DNA of 64,000 nt, taken from NCBI GenBank assembly GCA_040901675.1, contig JBBDYJ010000025.1, positions 95,943-159,942 on the forward strand. Direction: 5' to 3'. Both the position numbers and the translations under genes were made by a program. Source of the stretch: Pirellulales bacterium. GTDB lineage: Bacteria > Planctomycetota > Planctomycetia > Pirellulales > JAICIG01. The first letter of the stretch is position 1. The number at the start of each line of letters is the position of its first letter. Positions 36,600 through 46,399 of the stretch are shown here, piece after piece. The notes beneath the pieces are model-generated. The model ran no database searches. It saw only the letters and a list, made by a program, of their open reading frames with translations, and was not told the origin of the DNA.

Positions 36600-38120
36600 A
36601 TGCGGATCGCCATCGCTCAGCTCTGGCAGGAAACCAACACCTTCAACACCCAGCCCACGCTTCGGGCCGACTTCGACGCCTTTGGCGTGCTGGCCGGCGA
36701 CGAGCTCGTCGAAAAGATGGCCGACACCAACGAGCTGGGCGGCTTTATCCAGGCGCTGCGGTCCTGGAGCCCTGCGGCCGAGATCGTCGGCTTGGTGCGG
36801 CTGCCCGCCTGGCCCAGCGGCACGGCCACGGCCGGCACGTTCCACTGGCTTCGAGACCAGGTCGCCGATGCGGTCCGCCGCCGGTTGCCCCTCGACGCGG
36901 TGCTCCTGGCACTGCACGGCGCCATGGTGGCCGACGAGTTTCCCGACGTCGAAGGGCACATCTTGGAGGCGGTCCGCGGCCTGGTCGGTCCCGGCGTGCC
37001 GATCGTGGCCACGCTCGACCTGCATGCCAACATCACCGAGCGGATGGCCCGGCAGGCCGACGCCCTGGTGCTGTTCCATACCGCACCGCACATTGACGTC
37101 TTCGAGACCGGCCAGCGTGGGGCCGAAGTGCTGCGCCGCATGTTGTTCGAGGGGGCGCGTCCCGTGACCGCCTTCCAAAAAATCCCCGCGGTCGTGCCTG
37201 CCGAACGGGCCAATACCCAGGATCCGGCGAGCATCAGTTACGGCTTCAATCGCCGGCTCGTCGCCCTGGAGCGCGACCGGCGCATTCTGGCCGCGGGTCT
37301 GGCCACCGTGCAGCCGTGGCTCGATATTCCCGAGCTGGGCAGCAGCGTCGTGGTGGTGGCCGACGGCGATCGCGAACTGGCCCAGGCGGAATGCCAGCGG
37401 TTGGCGGGCGACTTCTGGCTTCACCGTCGCGACTACCTGCCCGAGTTGACCGATTTGGAAACGGCCGTGCGCGAAGCGCACGATTGCCGCGACGGGCTCG
37501 TGGTGCTCGGCGACGGCGCCGACTCGACGACCTCCGGGGCGCCGGGCGACAGCAACTGGCTGCTCAAAGAATTCTTGAAGTACGACTGGCCCAGGCCAGT
37601 CCTGCTCCCACTCGTTGCGCCGGACATTGTTGACGTAGCCCGCCGGTCCGGCGCCGGCAGCACGATCACCGCCTCGCTGGGCGGCAAGCTCGACTCGCGG
37701 TTCTCCACGCCGCTGGTGCTCGATGTCCGCGTCGAGCGCCTGTTCGATGCCCGCTTCGTGCTCTCCGGCCACCTCGCCCGCAACCTGCCCATCGACATGG
37801 GTCCCTCGGCCGTCTTGCGGCACGGCAACATCCACATCGTGGTCACCTCGCGCAGCGGCCCGCACTTTGCCCCCGAGCTGTTCCGTTGCGGTGGCCTGGA
37901 TCCGCTCTCCGCTGGCGTGCTGGTGGCCAAGAGTCCCTGCGGCTTCCGGGCAGCCTACCAGCCGCACGCCAAGAAGATCATCATGGTCCGCGCCCCCGGC
38001 TGTGCCCCCTCCGACTTCTGGAACTACGAGTACCGCAACATCACTCGCCCCCTCTGGCCCTGGGATGAGCTGCCCGACTGGCAGCCCGATCCGCTCCTCA
38101 CCCCGCCCCCCCGTAGCTGA
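36600..38120 (+). CDS. M81 family metallopeptidase (MlrC-like)
   Basis: QETNTF, LALHGAM, LDLHAN, PHID, DSTTSGAPGD. Confidence 0.93.
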   Translation: MRIAIAQLWQETNTFNTQPTLRADFDAFGVLAGDELVEKMADTNELGGFIQALRSWSPAAEIVGLVRLPAWPSGTATAGTFHWLRDQVADAVRRRLPLDAVLLALHGAMVADEFPDVEGHILEAVRGLVGPGVPIVATLDLHANITERMARQADALVLFHTAPHIDVFETGQRGAEVLRRMLFEGARPVTAFQKIPAVVPAERANTQDPASISYGFNRRLVALERDRRILAAGLATVQPWLDIPELGSSVVVVADGDRELAQAECQRLAGDFWLHRRDYLPELTDLETAVREAHDCRDGLVVLGDGADSTTSGAPGDSNWLLKEFLKYDWPRPVLLPLVAPDIVDVARRSGAGSTITASLGGKLDSRFSTPLVLDVRVERLFDARFVLSGHLARNLPIDMGPSAVLRHGNIHIVVTSRSGPHFAPELFRCGGLDPLSAGVLVAKSPCGFRAAYQPHAKKIIMVRAPGCAPSDFWNYEYRNITRPLWPWDELPDWQPDPLLTPPPRS

Positions 38121-38200
38121 ATTCGCCAGCCCGTAGCTGAATTCGCCAGAATTCAGGCCCTCGTCCACCTCCCTCGTAGCTGAATTCGCCAGAATTCAGG
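38113..38200 (+). repeat. Three family A REP-like units
   Basis: GTAGCTGAATTCGCCAG at 38113, 38133 and 38176; the first supplies the M81 stop codon. Confidence 0.85.
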
Positions 38201-38303
38201 CCGCCATCCACCTCCCACTTCCCCCGAACCATGGCGATGTCCGCCATGGGCCGGGTAAAATCAAGCCGACTCTCCATCTCCGCATCCCAAAGCCCGACAT
38301 GCC

Positions 38304-40652
38304 ATGAACTCAATCGCCCCGAAGCTCCTTCTTGCCCTCACGTGGATCGCTGCCGTTGCCCAGGATAGCCACGCCGCCGAGCAATCTCCCCTGAAAGCCG
38401 TCCCGTTTCAGGACGTGAGCATCGCCGACGCCTTCTGGTCGCCGCGCATCGCCACGAATCAGACTGCCACGATCGAAGCCAATCTGCACCAGTGCGAAGT
38501 CACGGGCCGCCTCAAGAACTTCGCCGTCGCCGGCAAGCTGGTCGAAGGCAAGCATGAGGGGCTGCTCTTCAACGATTCCGACGTCTACAAGGTGATCGAG
38601 GGGATCGCCTACACCCTGGCCGGCCGGCGCGACAAGAAACTCGAGGCCCGCACCGACGAGATCATCGACCTGATTGCCGCCGCCCAGCAGGAAGATGGCT
38701 ATCTGAACACCTATTACACGCTGGTCGAGCCCGACAAGCGCTGGCAAAACATCCAGTATGGCCACGAGCTCTACTGCGCCGGGCACCTGGTCGAGGCGGC
38801 CGTGGCCTACTACCAGGCCACCGGCAAGCGCAAGCTGGTGGACGTGGCGATCCGCTTCGCCGACCACATCGACTCGGTCTTCGGCCCCGACAAGCGGCAC
38901 GAGACGTGCGGCCACCAGGAGCTGGAACTGGCACTGGTCAAGCTATACCGGACCACCGGCGAGCGGCGCTATTTGAAACTGGCTGGTTTCCTGCTCGACA
39001 TGCGGGGCAGCGACGACGGCCGGCGGTTGTTCGGCGAGTACGCCCAGGACCACGTGCCCATCCGCCGACAGCGCGAGGTGACCGGCCATGCCGTGCGGGC
39101 CATGTACCTCTACTCCGCCATGGCCGACGTGGCCGCCGAAACCGTCGACCAGGGCCTGCTCGAGGCCCTCGATGCCATCTGGCACGACGTGGCCGACCGC
39201 AAGATGTACATCACCGGCGGCATCGGCCCCTCGGCACACAACGAAGGCTTCACCGTCCCCTACGATCTGCCCAACGACTCCGCCTACGCCGAGACGTGTG
39301 CGGCCATCGGCATGGCGCTCTGGAACCACCGGATGTTCCTGATGTCCGGCGACGCAAAATACGCCGACGTGCTGGAGCGCGAGGTGTACAACGGCCTCGT
39401 GTCCGGTGTGTCGCTCACCGGCGATCGCTTTTTTTACGTCAATCCGCTGGGAAGCAAGGGCCAACATCACCGTGTGCCCTGGTTCGATTGCTCCTGCTGC
39501 CCGACCAACATCGTCCGTTACATTCCCGGCATGGGCGAGCGGGCCTATGCCCATCGCGGCAACACTCTGTGGACCGTGCTCTACATGGGCGGCTCGGCCG
39601 ATATCTCGCTGGAGGGCGGCAAAGTGCGCCTCACTCAAAAGACGCGCTATCCCTGGGATGGCCAAATAGTGCTCACGGTCGAGCCGGAGCGCAGCTTCCC
39701 CTTCGATCTTCACTTGCGCGTGCCGGGTTGGTGTGCCGAGCCGCCCCGCGTGACGGTCAACGGCAAAGCGGTCGAGCAGCCCACCATCGACCGCGGCTAC
39801 CTGAAGCTCAGCCGCACGTGGCAGGCAGGCGACCTCGTCGAGCTCGAGCTGCCGATGAGCGTCCAGCGAGTGTATGCCGATCCCCGGGTGGCGGCGAACC
39901 GGGGGCGCGTGGCCCTCCAGCGAGGCCCTGTCGTGTACTGTCTCGAAGGCGCCGATAACGCCGATCGCGTCCGCGGCCTCTGTCTGCCACGTGAAGCCCG
40001 CCTCTCGGAGTCGTTCGAGAGCGACCTGCTGGGAGGCGTCGTGGTGCTGCGCGGCGAAGCGCTGGCGGTCTCGCGCGGCGAAGATGGCGAGTTGGCCACC
40101 GAGCCGTTCAACTTCACCGCGGTTCCCTACTCGACCTGGGACAATCGGCGGCCCGGCCCGATGGTGGTCTGGCTTCCTGAGGATCCGAAGCTGGCCGAGA
40201 TTCCCGGCGAGGAGGGCGTGCGATCGGGCGAGATGACCATTCGCGCCTCGCACGTGAACCCCACCGACTCGCTGGCCGCCCTGGCCGATGGCCGGCTGCC
40301 CGAGTCTTCAGGCGATCACAATCTGCCGCGGATGACCTGGTGGGACCATCGCGGCGGCACCGAGTGGGTCAGTTGCCGCTTCGACAAGCCGCGCACGCTG
40401 GGCCGCGCCGCCGTCTATTGGTTCGACGACACGGGGGTTGGCGCCTGCCGGGTGCCCCAGGAGTGGCGGCTCTTATGGCTCGACGGCGACGCGTGGAAGA
40501 GCGTCGAGTTGACCCGTACCTCCAGCTACGGCATCGCCGCCGACCAGTTCAACGCCGTCGAGTTCGAGCCCATCACCACCCGCGAGCTGCGCCTGAAGGT
40601 CACGCTCCAGCCCCGCTACTCCGCCGGCATCCTCGAATGGCAGGTCGAATAG
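38304..40652 (+). CDS. Secreted GH127 family glycoside hydrolase (beta-L-arabinofuranosidase-like) with C-terminal beta-sandwich
   Basis: DSDVYK, HELYCAGH, GHAVRAMY, YAETCA, FFYVNPL, CSCCPTN, RGPVVYC. Confidence 0.95.
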   Translation: MNSIAPKLLLALTWIAAVAQDSHAAEQSPLKAVPFQDVSIADAFWSPRIATNQTATIEANLHQCEVTGRLKNFAVAGKLVEGKHEGLLFNDSDVYKVIEGIAYTLAGRRDKKLEARTDEIIDLIAAAQQEDGYLNTYYTLVEPDKRWQNIQYGHELYCAGHLVEAAVAYYQATGKRKLVDVAIRFADHIDSVFGPDKRHETCGHQELELALVKLYRTTGERRYLKLAGFLLDMRGSDDGRRLFGEYAQDHVPIRRQREVTGHAVRAMYLYSAMADVAAETVDQGLLEALDAIWHDVADRKMYITGGIGPSAHNEGFTVPYDLPNDSAYAETCAAIGMALWNHRMFLMSGDAKYADVLEREVYNGLVSGVSLTGDRFFYVNPLGSKGQHHRVPWFDCSCCPTNIVRYIPGMGERAYAHRGNTLWTVLYMGGSADISLEGGKVRLTQKTRYPWDGQIVLTVEPERSFPFDLHLRVPGWCAEPPRVTVNGKAVEQPTIDRGYLKLSRTWQAGDLVELELPMSVQRVYADPRVAANRGRVALQRGPVVYCLEGADNADRVRGLCLPREARLSESFESDLLGGVVVLRGEALAVSRGEDGELATEPFNFTAVPYSTWDNRRPGPMVVWLPEDPKLAEIPGEEGVRSGEMTIRASHVNPTDSLAALADGRLPESSGDHNLPRMTWWDHRGGTEWVSCRFDKPRTLGRAAVYWFDDTGVGACRVPQEWRLLWLDGDAWKSVELTRTSSYGIAADQFNAVEFEPITTRELRLKVTLQPRYSAGILEWQVE

Positions 40653-40724
40653 CACAGCGGCAGGAATGCAACATCTCAGATCCCGTACGGACACAATCGC
40701 CGTGTGCGACGGGCGCCGTGTGCG

Positions 40725-41243
40725 ATGGGTGAGGGAGTCGGCTTGAAGAATCTCGTTGATCTGAACCTGAAGTGTGAGGATTTCCTGAAGAACAATCGCC
40801 ACCTTTACGCCCATAAGGCTGGGCGGAAGAAGATAGCACTCATAAGTATTGAGGCGGCAAACGAGAAGTCTGGCGACGTGCGGCTCGTCCTCGGGGCCGC
40901 CAGGCTGATCGCCGGTGGGCAGAGCCATAACGTTGAGCCCCCGGCCGTCATCATCCGGAAGCTCTCGGAGTTCACATGGGACTTCCTGCTCTACTCGATC
41001 ATTGACTTCCAGCCCGTGCTGGCCGCGGTGGATGCCTTCTTCTTGCTGACCGGCCCGCTCTACAATCGGAGACTCAGAAAGCAGTTGCGTTTGCTTTCAG
41101 ACGGCGAGATGCTGCTTGGACCGGGCGAGTGCAAGCAGGCGATCGTTGGTTTCCGCGGTGTCTCCCGCGGAGCCCAGGAACTCGAACTTTCGTATTGCAG
41201 CCCGGATGGCGAGCAACGCAAGCTCCAGTGTGCCATTCGTTAA
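40725..41243 (+). CDS. Hypothetical protein (possibly N-terminally truncated)
   Basis: Lower-GC ORF between the direct repeats. Confidence 0.5.
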   Translation: MGEGVGLKNLVDLNLKCEDFLKNNRHLYAHKAGRKKIALISIEAANEKSGDVRLVLGAARLIAGGQSHNVEPPAVIIRKLSEFTWDFLLYSIIDFQPVLAAVDAFFLLTGPLYNRRLRKQLRLLSDGEMLLGPGECKQAIVGFRGVSRGAQELELSYCSPDGEQRKLQCAIR

Positions 41244-41272
41244 CGCGGCTTCCCATCATTCACCGAAAAAAA

Positions 41273-41641
41273 GGGGATAAGTCCAATATCGCGCTGGATG
41301 ACGAGCCTCACACGCCGCCAAGACCCAAACAATTGGACTTATCCCCGACTTACCTCTTTTCCCGTCCTTTGCGGCATGGGAGTCGCGGTATGCCCAAAAC
41401 AAAAGCTCCCTTCCACGGCAGTCGGACAGTTAAAGGTTGCAGGAACCGATTCCAGGACAGTGGGTACGCGAAAAAGCGTGGGACAAATGCACGAAGCCCC
41501 CACGTCGCTGGCGGGCCAGCGGCCCCAATAGCGACAGCCGGTCGCTCGCATCGCCGAAAAAAGGGGATAAGTCCAATATCGTGCTGGACCACGAGCCCCA
41601 CACGCTGCCAGGACCCCCAAAAATTGGACTTATCCCCTTTT
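41273..41641. mobile_element. Two ~75-bp miniature inverted-repeat units (GGGGATAAGTCCAAT...ATTGGACTTATCCCC)
   Basis: Copies at 41273-41346 and 41563-41637; perfect 15-bp inverted arms and similar loops. Confidence 0.6.
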
Positions 41642-42007
41642 CACTTCACTTGCATCCAGCTACACCACCGCCGCTGACCAGTTCAACGCCGTCGAGTTCG
41701 AGCCCGTAACCACTCGCGAGCTGCGCCTGAAGGTCAAGCTCCAGCACCGCTACTCCGCCGGCATCCTCGAATGGCAGGTGGAATAGCACAGCGACAGGAA
41801 TGCAAAATGCCGCGCCGAAAAAAAACGGGGAGCGACCCACGCTGCCGTTTTGCACGTTCTCGAGCCGATAGAGCGCCACACTTTTCTTCGGCTTACTCGC
41901 CTTGAAAGTAAAACGGCGTTATTCGACTCGGAACAATTTGGCCAACGGGGGTCAAGCGCCCCTATCGAGGCATTCTACTCGATGACCATGCACGGATGTC
42001 AAGAAAA

Positions 42008-42043
42008 AATACCAGTCTTAATACCAGTCTTAATACCAGTCTT
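42008..42043 (+). repeat. 12-bp tandem repeat AATACCAGTCTT, three copies
   Basis: Perfect AT-rich repeat read directly from the sequence. Confidence 0.9.
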
Positions 42044-42069
42044 TTTTATCCCACTCCAATAACGAAACC

Positions 42070-43065
42070 TCACCGGCCCTCTTCCTCGTCGGGCGGTTCG
42101 GCCAGCAGGCGCTCGAGCTCGGCTAGCCGCGCTTCCAGCTCGCGGACGCGGCGCTCGAGCCGGGCGATGCGGCCCGACGCATCCTCGTCAGTGACGGGCT
42201 CGGGCGGCGGCAGTTCGCCCTCGGTGCCCTCCGGCAGCGGCCGCGGCTCGTCAGCATCGGCAAGGGCCGGATCGAGTGCCGCGAGACGAAGTTTCCGCTC
42301 GAAGAGCCGGCCCTGACTGTAATAGGTGAGCTCGACCTCGCTGCCGGCGCCGGCCTGGGATGCCAGCCGCGCAAGATCGGCCGGCGTATCGACCCGCTTG
42401 CCGTCCAGCGCCACGATGATCGCTTCGCGCGGCAGCCCCGCCGCCTGGGCGGGCGAACCCTCGAGGACCTCGGTGACCAGCGCGCCTCGTGCCACGGGCA
42501 ATTGCAAATCGGCCGCCATCCGCGCGTCGATCGCCAGCAGCCGCACCCCCAGCAGGTTCATCCGCGGCTGGTCAGGCGGTTGCTCCGCGCCAGGTTCGCC
42601 GATCGGGTCGCTCTGCGGTCGATCGGTCCGCTGATCGCGGGGCGGGCGCCGCCCCAGCGTAACCTCCAAGCGATGCGTCCGGCCCGCTCGATCGAGCTCA
42701 AACCGCGGCTTGTCGCCGGGAGCCGTCTCTCCCAGCACGGCCGCAAACTCGTCGATCGTCGTCACTTGCCGCCCGTCGATCGCCGTAATCAGGTCCCCCG
42801 CCCGCAGCCCGGCCCGCTCCGCCGGTCCGCCGGGCAGCACCTGCGTGACGCGCACGCCGGCGCCGTTTTCGTTGCGGTCGTCGAAGAAGCCGCCCAGGTA
42901 TCCCGGTTCGGCCTGCGCGCCCGCCGGATTGGCGGCGCCCCCGTCGTCCTGGTTCACGAGGCCGCGGACTTGTGCTTCCAGACGCTCCAGCGCCGGCTGA
43001 GCAACGGCCGAGGACGACAATCCGCCCCAACACACCAGCACGACGCACAACCAGGTCTTGTTCAT
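42070..43065 (-). CDS. Secreted protein with two PDZ domains and a C-terminal coiled coil
   Basis: Signal peptide MNKTWL; GYLG...PGGPAERAGLRAGDLITAIDG; LLGV...EGSPAQAAGL; RIARLERRVRELEARL. Confidence 0.88.
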   Translation of the reverse strand: MNKTWLCVVLVCWGGLSSSAVAQPALERLEAQVRGLVNQDDGGAANPAGAQAEPGYLGGFFDDRNENGAGVRVTQVLPGGPAERAGLRAGDLITAIDGRQVTTIDEFAAVLGETAPGDKPRFELDRAGRTHRLEVTLGRRPPRDQRTDRPQSDPIGEPGAEQPPDQPRMNLLGVRLLAIDARMAADLQLPVARGALVTEVLEGSPAQAAGLPREAIIVALDGKRVDTPADLARLASQAGAGSEVELTYYSQGRLFERKLRLAALDPALADADEPRPLPEGTEGELPPPEPVTDEDASGRIARLERRVRELEARLAELERLLAEPPDEEEGR

Positions 43066-43174
43066 GGCACCACCTATTCGATCTCGGTCCAGTTTGGTCC
43101 ACAGGCCGGTCACTATTGAATATAACCTGCCCGGCGGCTGACAGGGCCACCTTGAGCGCGTTATTCTGGAGACC

Positions 43175-44131
43175 ATGAGAGACCACTCGGCCGGTCTCGT
43201 TTCGATCGGCCCGGCAACGGTGCACCGACGCCGTCGTGCTCTGGAACTCGTGTTCGGCGACCTCGAGCCGGCCGTCAGGCGGCGGCAGATCGACGCAATT
43301 CTCGCCTCCGACCGCCCCTCGTGCAGCCTCGAAGGCTTGTTCGAGGCCCGGCGCGGCGACCTTGCGGCCGGCGCCGTCTGGACGGTGATCCATCCCGGCC
43401 GCCACGCTGCCGTCTGGCCGCCGCGGCTCGCCGCCGGTCAGTCGCCCGACACCGCCAGGCAATTGCTGGCCGCCGCGCTGGCGTTTCTCGGCGGGCGCCT
43501 GGTCCGGCTCGTCCACGCGGCGCTGGCCCATGATACCGGCGACGACGTGCGGGTGCTCACCGAGGCCGGCTTCACGCATGTGGCGGACCTGTTGCACCTG
43601 ATCAGCCTGGCCGATCGCTTTCCAGATTCGCCCCCCGCGGCGCATCTGGTCTTCGAACCGGTGCGCACCGTCGATTTCGATCGGCTGGGCCGCGTGCTGG
43701 AAGCCACCTACGCCCAGAGCCTCGACTGCCCGGCCCTCAATGGTTTGCGACTGGCGCGCGACGTGCTGGACACCTACCGCGCCACCGGCAGTTTCGATCC
43801 GAACCGCTGGCTGATCGTACGGCACGACCAATTCGCGGGCGGCGTAGCCGGCGGCCAGCCTGGCGACGTGGGTTGTCTGCTGTTGACCGACCACCCGGAG
43901 GCCGGCCATTGGGAGCTGATGTATATGGGCCTGGCGCCCGCCGCCCGCGGGCGGGGTTGGGGGTTGGACATGGTCCGGCACGCGCAGTGGCTTGCCCGGC
44001 AGGCGGCCCGCCAGCGGCTGGTGCTGGCGGTCGACGCAGCCAACACGCCGGCCGTTGCCGCCTATGCCGCCGCCGGCTTTGTGGCCTGGGACCGCCGCAG
44101 CGCATTCCTGAAAGTCTTGCCCGGCCCGTAG
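43175..44131 (+). CDS. Tandem GNAT N-acetyltransferase
   Basis: YMGLAPAARGRGWG acetyl-CoA motif; LAVDAANTPA...Y...GF. Confidence 0.88.
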   Translation: MRDHSAGLVSIGPATVHRRRRALELVFGDLEPAVRRRQIDAILASDRPSCSLEGLFEARRGDLAAGAVWTVIHPGRHAAVWPPRLAAGQSPDTARQLLAAALAFLGGRLVRLVHAALAHDTGDDVRVLTEAGFTHVADLLHLISLADRFPDSPPAAHLVFEPVRTVDFDRLGRVLEATYAQSLDCPALNGLRLARDVLDTYRATGSFDPNRWLIVRHDQFAGGVAGGQPGDVGCLLLTDHPEAGHWELMYMGLAPAARGRGWGLDMVRHAQWLARQAARQRLVLAVDAANTPAVAAYAAAGFVAWDRRSAFLKVLPGP

Positions 44132-44229
44132 TGATCGGGTTCGTAGTGATCCGCATTCATGCGGTCCCGGTTCGTAGTGATCCGCATTTTATGCGGTCTG
44201 GGTTCGTAGTGATCCGCATTTATGCGGTC
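44128..44229 (+). repeat. Family D REP-like tandem copies (GTTCGTAGTGATCCGCATTYATGCGGTC)
   Basis: Three full copies plus a partial copy overlapping the GNAT stop codon. Confidence 0.85.
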
Positions 44230-44381
44230 TGCGGCAGGGTTCCACTCGCCCCTTCCAGCCACCCGTCGCATCACTGCTTCTCGGTCCCGACACGTCGGGA
44301 CCTCCAAGCAGTGGCACTCTGACCTCTGACTGAGCTGCAAGTCCGCCGCAGGCGGAACCTCTGACTTCTGACCACTGCTCT

Positions 44382-45311
44382 TCAACCCAGCAGGGCCAGG
44401 GCAGCGAGGCCGTAGAACGTGTACTCGACGTCGGTGCCGCTGTCCCACTCGCCGCCGCGGAAACCGCCGGAAGGCAACTCGAGCCCGAGCACGTAGTCGC
44501 GGGCCGCCTCGCCGTCAATTTCAGCCAGCGCGTCGGCGTCGGCCAGCGTCAACGAGCCGGTGAACGTGCTCAACAGATCGGCAATCCCGATCCGCGTGTT
44601 GGCTTTCAATCCTCCCTCGCCGGTCTGCATGGCCGCCAAAAAACCGACGACCGCCTGCCGCGCCGGCTCATCAATGGCGCCCAGGATCCGCAACAGCGCG
44701 GCGGCGGCGGCCGTGGGATTGGTGCCGCTGGCGCGCATGGGGCCGATCTCGACGAAGCCGCCGTCGTCGCGCTGCCGCGAGCGGGCAAACTCGATCAGCC
44801 GGAGCGGCTCGACGGGGGGCTCGCCGATGAGCTGCTTCGAGATGACGATCAAAAACGTCTGGTAGGTGCTGCTCGATTGCCCTTCCGCGGTCTTGGCATA
44901 GCCGCCGTCGGCGCGCCGGAAGCCTTCGAGCGTGGCCGCCACCGCCTGCCGCCAGCCCTGGGGCGCCGCCTCGAAGACGTCGATCCCCGCCGCGGTCTCC
45001 AAGAGCGCGGCCGCGTACAACAGCGAAACAAAATCGACGATCGGTGCCTGGCCCGCCAAGCGGCTCTTGATGAACGAGGCCGCCCGCTCGGCCGGCGTGC
45101 CGTCGAGCTCGCCCAGCAAGGCCAGGCCCCGCAGGCCAAAGCCCGTGTAATACAGGTCGCTGGGGCCTTCGCGGCCGGCGAAACCGCCGTCCCTCTGTTG
45201 GCAGTGCATAAGATACTCGGCCTGCCGCCGGCGCAGCGGCTCGCCCAGGCCCTCCATGCCCCGGGCAAGCCGCAGCATGAGCGCTTCGAGGTAGCTCAAC
45301 GGCGGCGGCAC
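44382..45311 (-). CDS. Prenyltransferase/squalene-oxidase-repeat protein (geranylgeranyltransferase beta-like)
   Basis: Repeated Q..DGGF units (QQRDGGF, RADGGY, QRDDGGF, PSGGF); SDLYYT and DVEYTFYGL. Confidence 0.85.
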   Translation of the reverse strand: MPPPLSYLEALMLRLARGMEGLGEPLRRRQAEYLMHCQQRDGGFAGREGPSDLYYTGFGLRGLALLGELDGTPAERAASFIKSRLAGQAPIVDFVSLLYAAALLETAAGIDVFEAAPQGWRQAVAATLEGFRRADGGYAKTAEGQSSSTYQTFLIVISKQLIGEPPVEPLRLIEFARSRQRDDGGFVEIGPMRASGTNPTAAAAALLRILGAIDEPARQAVVGFLAAMQTGEGGLKANTRIGIADLLSTFTGSLTLADADALAEIDGEAARDYVLGLELPSGGFRGGEWDSGTDVEYTFYGLAALALLG

Positions 45312-45327
45312 GTGTCACCTCTCGGCT

Positions 45328-45780
45328 TCACTCGGCGTCGCCCGCCGGCTGGGCTGCCTGCCTGTCGCGCGCCTCGGCCAGCCGCTCGGCGACGTGGGCG
45401 GGAATCGGGATGGCACGCGGCGATTGGCCGGGCTCCATCCGGCAGCAAACCGCCACGATCTCTCCCTCGGCGATCTGGCGTCCCTGGTGAGTAAAGCGAA
45501 AGCCGTAGGTGATGCTGCTGGAACCGAGGTTCGCCACCCGCAGGGCAATGTCGAGCACGTCCTCGAACCTGACGGCGCCCTGGTACTGGCAGGTGGCCGC
45601 CACGCGCGGCCAGCTCATCGTGCCCTGCTCGTCGCTCATCACCACCGACAAGCCCAAGTGTCGCAGGAAGGCGTGCTCGACCTCCTCCATGTAGTGGAAA
45701 AAGCAGGAGAAGTGCGCGATGCCGGCCGCGTCGGTGTCGCGGAACTCGACGCGCCGGGTGGCCCGAAAAGAGCAAGTCAT
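45328..45780 (-). CDS. Hot-dog acyl-CoA thioesterase (4HBT/YbgC-like)
   Basis: RVEFRDTDAAGIAHF, VRFEDVL, GSSSITY; ATGA coupling to the upstream gene. Confidence 0.9.
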   Translation of the reverse strand: MTCSFRATRRVEFRDTDAAGIAHFSCFFHYMEEVEHAFLRHLGLSVVMSDEQGTMSWPRVAATCQYQGAVRFEDVLDIALRVANLGSSSITYGFRFTHQGRQIAEGEIVAVCCRMEPGQSPRAIPIPAHVAERLAEARDRQAAQPAGDAE

Positions 45781-46382
45781 TCCGGCCCCTTCACGGGCTG
45801 AGCTCTTCCCGCGGCTGTCACTCGATCCTCTCCGGCTCGTGGCGGCGTGACAATTTCCAAGAGCTCCACGGCCGGCACGCCGTCGCAGTCGATCATAGCG
45901 GTGCGGCCGTAGGTGACCGAGTCGGCCGGCAGCTCGAACACCTGCTGCAGCTCCTCGCCGAGCACGATCCGCCACAGCGAAAACAACTGGACCCGCGTCA
46001 GCACATTGTGCTGGATGAGCACCCGCCCCAGCGGAATTTTTTCGGCCTGGATTTCCTGCTGCACTTCGGGCGAAAGATAAGCCAGGTTGACTCGCATAAT
46101 GCCGAACTGGACCACCTGGCCGTCCGTCTGGCGCGCGAGCAGGATCTTGCGGGCATAGTGGGTGGCGCTGACGCGCTTGTCCAACACCCGCACATCGACC
46201 GGGCTGTTGTGAAAACGCTCCACCGTCACCGTCATGTGGGCATTGTGGGCCAGCAACTGCCGGTAGGCCGCCGGCATCTCGTCGGCCGACACCTCGTCGA
46301 ACTCGCCCAACTCCGACGGCGAGTCGTGGAACAGGCCCGTCAGGGTTTCCAGATCCGGCATGGTCGCTCTTGGCTGGGGCAT
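45777..46382 (-). CDS. Chorismate pyruvate-lyase/UTRA-fold-like protein
   Basis: LL.H..HMT..VE, YARKILL, IPLGRVL, YGRT, PAVELLEI resemble the UbiC/DUF98 pattern; alternative start 46361. Confidence 0.6.
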   Translation of the reverse strand: MPQPRATMPDLETLTGLFHDSPSELGEFDEVSADEMPAAYRQLLAHNAHMTVTVERFHNSPVDVRVLDKRVSATHYARKILLARQTDGQVVQFGIMRVNLAYLSPEVQQEIQAEKIPLGRVLIQHNVLTRVQLFSLWRIVLGEELQQVFELPADSVTYGRTAMIDCDGVPAVELLEIVTPPRAGEDRVTAAGRAQPVKGPE

Positions 46383-46399
46383 GGCGAGTGGCGCGTGCT

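Larger units (their letters stand above)
40521..41805 (+). repeat. 151-bp direct repeat (40521-40671 and 41655-41805) of the GH127 3' end flanking about 1 kb of inserted DNA
   Basis: Manual alignment gives 11 mismatches and no gaps. Confidence 0.9.

Noticed and set aside
40521..41805. Diversity-generating retroelement VR/TR pair at the GH127 C-terminus
   Set aside because: Only 5 of 11 mismatches have A in the downstream copy, several are synonymous C/T or C/G changes, and no reverse transcriptase is in the window.
42008..42043. Iteron or replication origin interpretation of the AATACCAGTCTT x3 repeat
   Set aside because: No rep gene or DnaA-box cluster is nearby; a slippage duplication is the simpler explanation.
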